DNA of 62,092 nt, the filler included. It is 7 parts of 7 records of this genome, joined end to end, with 100 filler letters (N's around TTAATTAATTAA, not from the genome) between each part and the next. Parts side by side here need not be neighbours in the genome. Positions count along the whole stretch, not along the records: positions 55,833 to 62,092 come from SRR31156797_31889; 6 more parts are not named here. One strand, written 5' to 3'. The notes under the pieces are model-generated. The model searched no databases. It worked only from the letters and a program-made list of their open reading frames with translations, and had not been told where the DNA came from. Below, in pieces: positions 61,109 through 62,092 of the stretch; the stretch's first letter is position 1; each line of letters starts with the position of its first letter. Both the position numbers and the translations under genes were made by a program.

Positions 61109-62092
61109 GACAAAAACCAATCATCATAATCGCAGTTTTCCTGCTCTTGGCCATCATTGGTTTGATGGTCTGGGATTTTTATTATGAATCCAAACAGGCA
61201 GAAAACCCTTACGAATACAGCCTTGACGATTTAAAGAAAATTGATGATAGTGAGATTTGCTATGCCAAATCTGGCGAAATAAATCCGGACATCAAGGGAG
61301 CATACGCCATGGCCATCGACGAAAAAGACAGAATTTTTGTTGCAGGCGAAAACCAGATATCTGTCATGAATAAGGTTGGTGATATCATCAAAAAAACTTC
61401 CATTATCAGCCCCGCGACCTGCATAGCTGTTGATGCCCAGGGAAATGTTTTTATAGGTACGAAAAGCCATATTGAGGTTTATGACAGAAATCTCAGGTTG
61501 AAAAATCAATGGCCGGAAATCAACCCCAACTCACACATCACGAGTATTGCCGTGGAAGGCAATTCGGTTTTTGCTGCCGATGCAGGAAATAAAATCGTCT
61601 ATCATTTTGATTTCGAAGGAGCATTGATAAACACCATCGGTGAAAAAAATGCAGAAACAGGATTTGGTGGTTTCATCCTTCCGAGTCCTCATTTCGATTT
61701 GGCATTAGGCCGCGAAGGACAGCTTTGGGTGGTGAACACCGGAAAGCATGAATTCCTGGCTTTCAACAAAAACGGCGAAATCTTTTCAAGCTGGAAAAAA
61801 ACCTCCATGCAACTGGAAGGATTCAGCGGATGCTGCAACCCCGGGAATATTGTATTGCTTTCGGATGGCAGTTTTGTAACCAGCGAGAAGGGCATCGAAA
61901 GGGTGAAAATCCACCTTCCCAATGGTGACTACAAATGCGTGGTGGCCGGCCCCGCGCAGCTATCATCCGGTTGTCAGCATTTCGACCTGGCCGTTAATTC
62001 AGAAGACCACATCTATGTTTTGGATACCAAAAGTGGGATGGTAAAGATTTTTTCACGAAACCAAAACCTTACAGGTCTGCCCCCGGAAACAG
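61105..62092 (+). CDS. Membrane-anchored NHL/six-bladed beta-propeller protein, runs off window
   Basis: ATGA overlap with the previous gene; MRQKPIIIIAVF..., IAVD/ADAGN blades and FSGCCNP. Missing from the ORF track because it has no stop. Confidence 0.85.
   Translation, partial: MRQKPIIIIAVFLLLAIIGLMVWDFYYESKQAENPYEYSLDDLKKIDDSEICYAKSGEINPDIKGAYAMAIDEKDRIFVAGENQISVMNKVGDIIKKTSIISPATCIAVDAQGNVFIGTKSHIEVYDRNLRLKNQWPEINPNSHITSIAVEGNSVFAADAGNKIVYHFDFEGALINTIGEKNAETGFGGFILPSPHFDLALGREGQLWVVNTGKHEFLAFNKNGEIFSSWKKTSMQLEGFSGCCNPGNIVLLSDGSFVTSEKGIERVKIHLPNGDYKCVVAGPAQLSSGCQHFDLAVNSEDHIYVLDTKSGMVKIFSRNQNLTGLPPET

Overview
This window is not one locus. It holds seven unrelated contigs joined by 100-nt N spacers, each carrying a TTAATTAATTAA all-frame-stop linker. 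Taxonomic labels are inferred from gene content and composition. (1) 1-13721, GC-rich alphaproteobacterium-like: two TRAP transporters, LysR, PuuE-like deacetylase, DHDPS-family aldolase, guaA and two-component genes. (2) 13822-24646, probable Desulfobacterota: partial NRPS, surE, GNAT, LysE, rsgA, and lysine 6-aminotransferase with an HPPD/HglS-like protein. (3) 24747-37572, Methanosarcinaceae-like archaeon: GlcD/GlcF-like pair, arcS, rimI, dnaG, rtcA, kptA, RPA. (4) 37673-42849, probable Desulfobacterota: type I R-M hsdM-hsdS preceded by a DUF4258-like small protein and a degenerate HsdM-TRD fusion. (5) 42950-48529: buk, ptb, rnz, dCMP deaminase, glgC, partial tRNA-Ala. (6) 48630-55732, planctomycete-like: flgM, NPP phosphodiesterase, thrS-infC, prolyl oligopeptidase. 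(7) 55833-62092, Bacteroidales-like: cassette-like genes bounded by attC-like hairpins, then a PQQ/NHL beta-propeller cluster. The strongest candidate for an undescribed system is in contig 4: a toxin-like gene coupled to a pseudo-methyltransferase/TRD fusion in front of a type I R-M operon, a possible R-M decoy or guard. All family calls come from motif recognition by eye, with no database searches.
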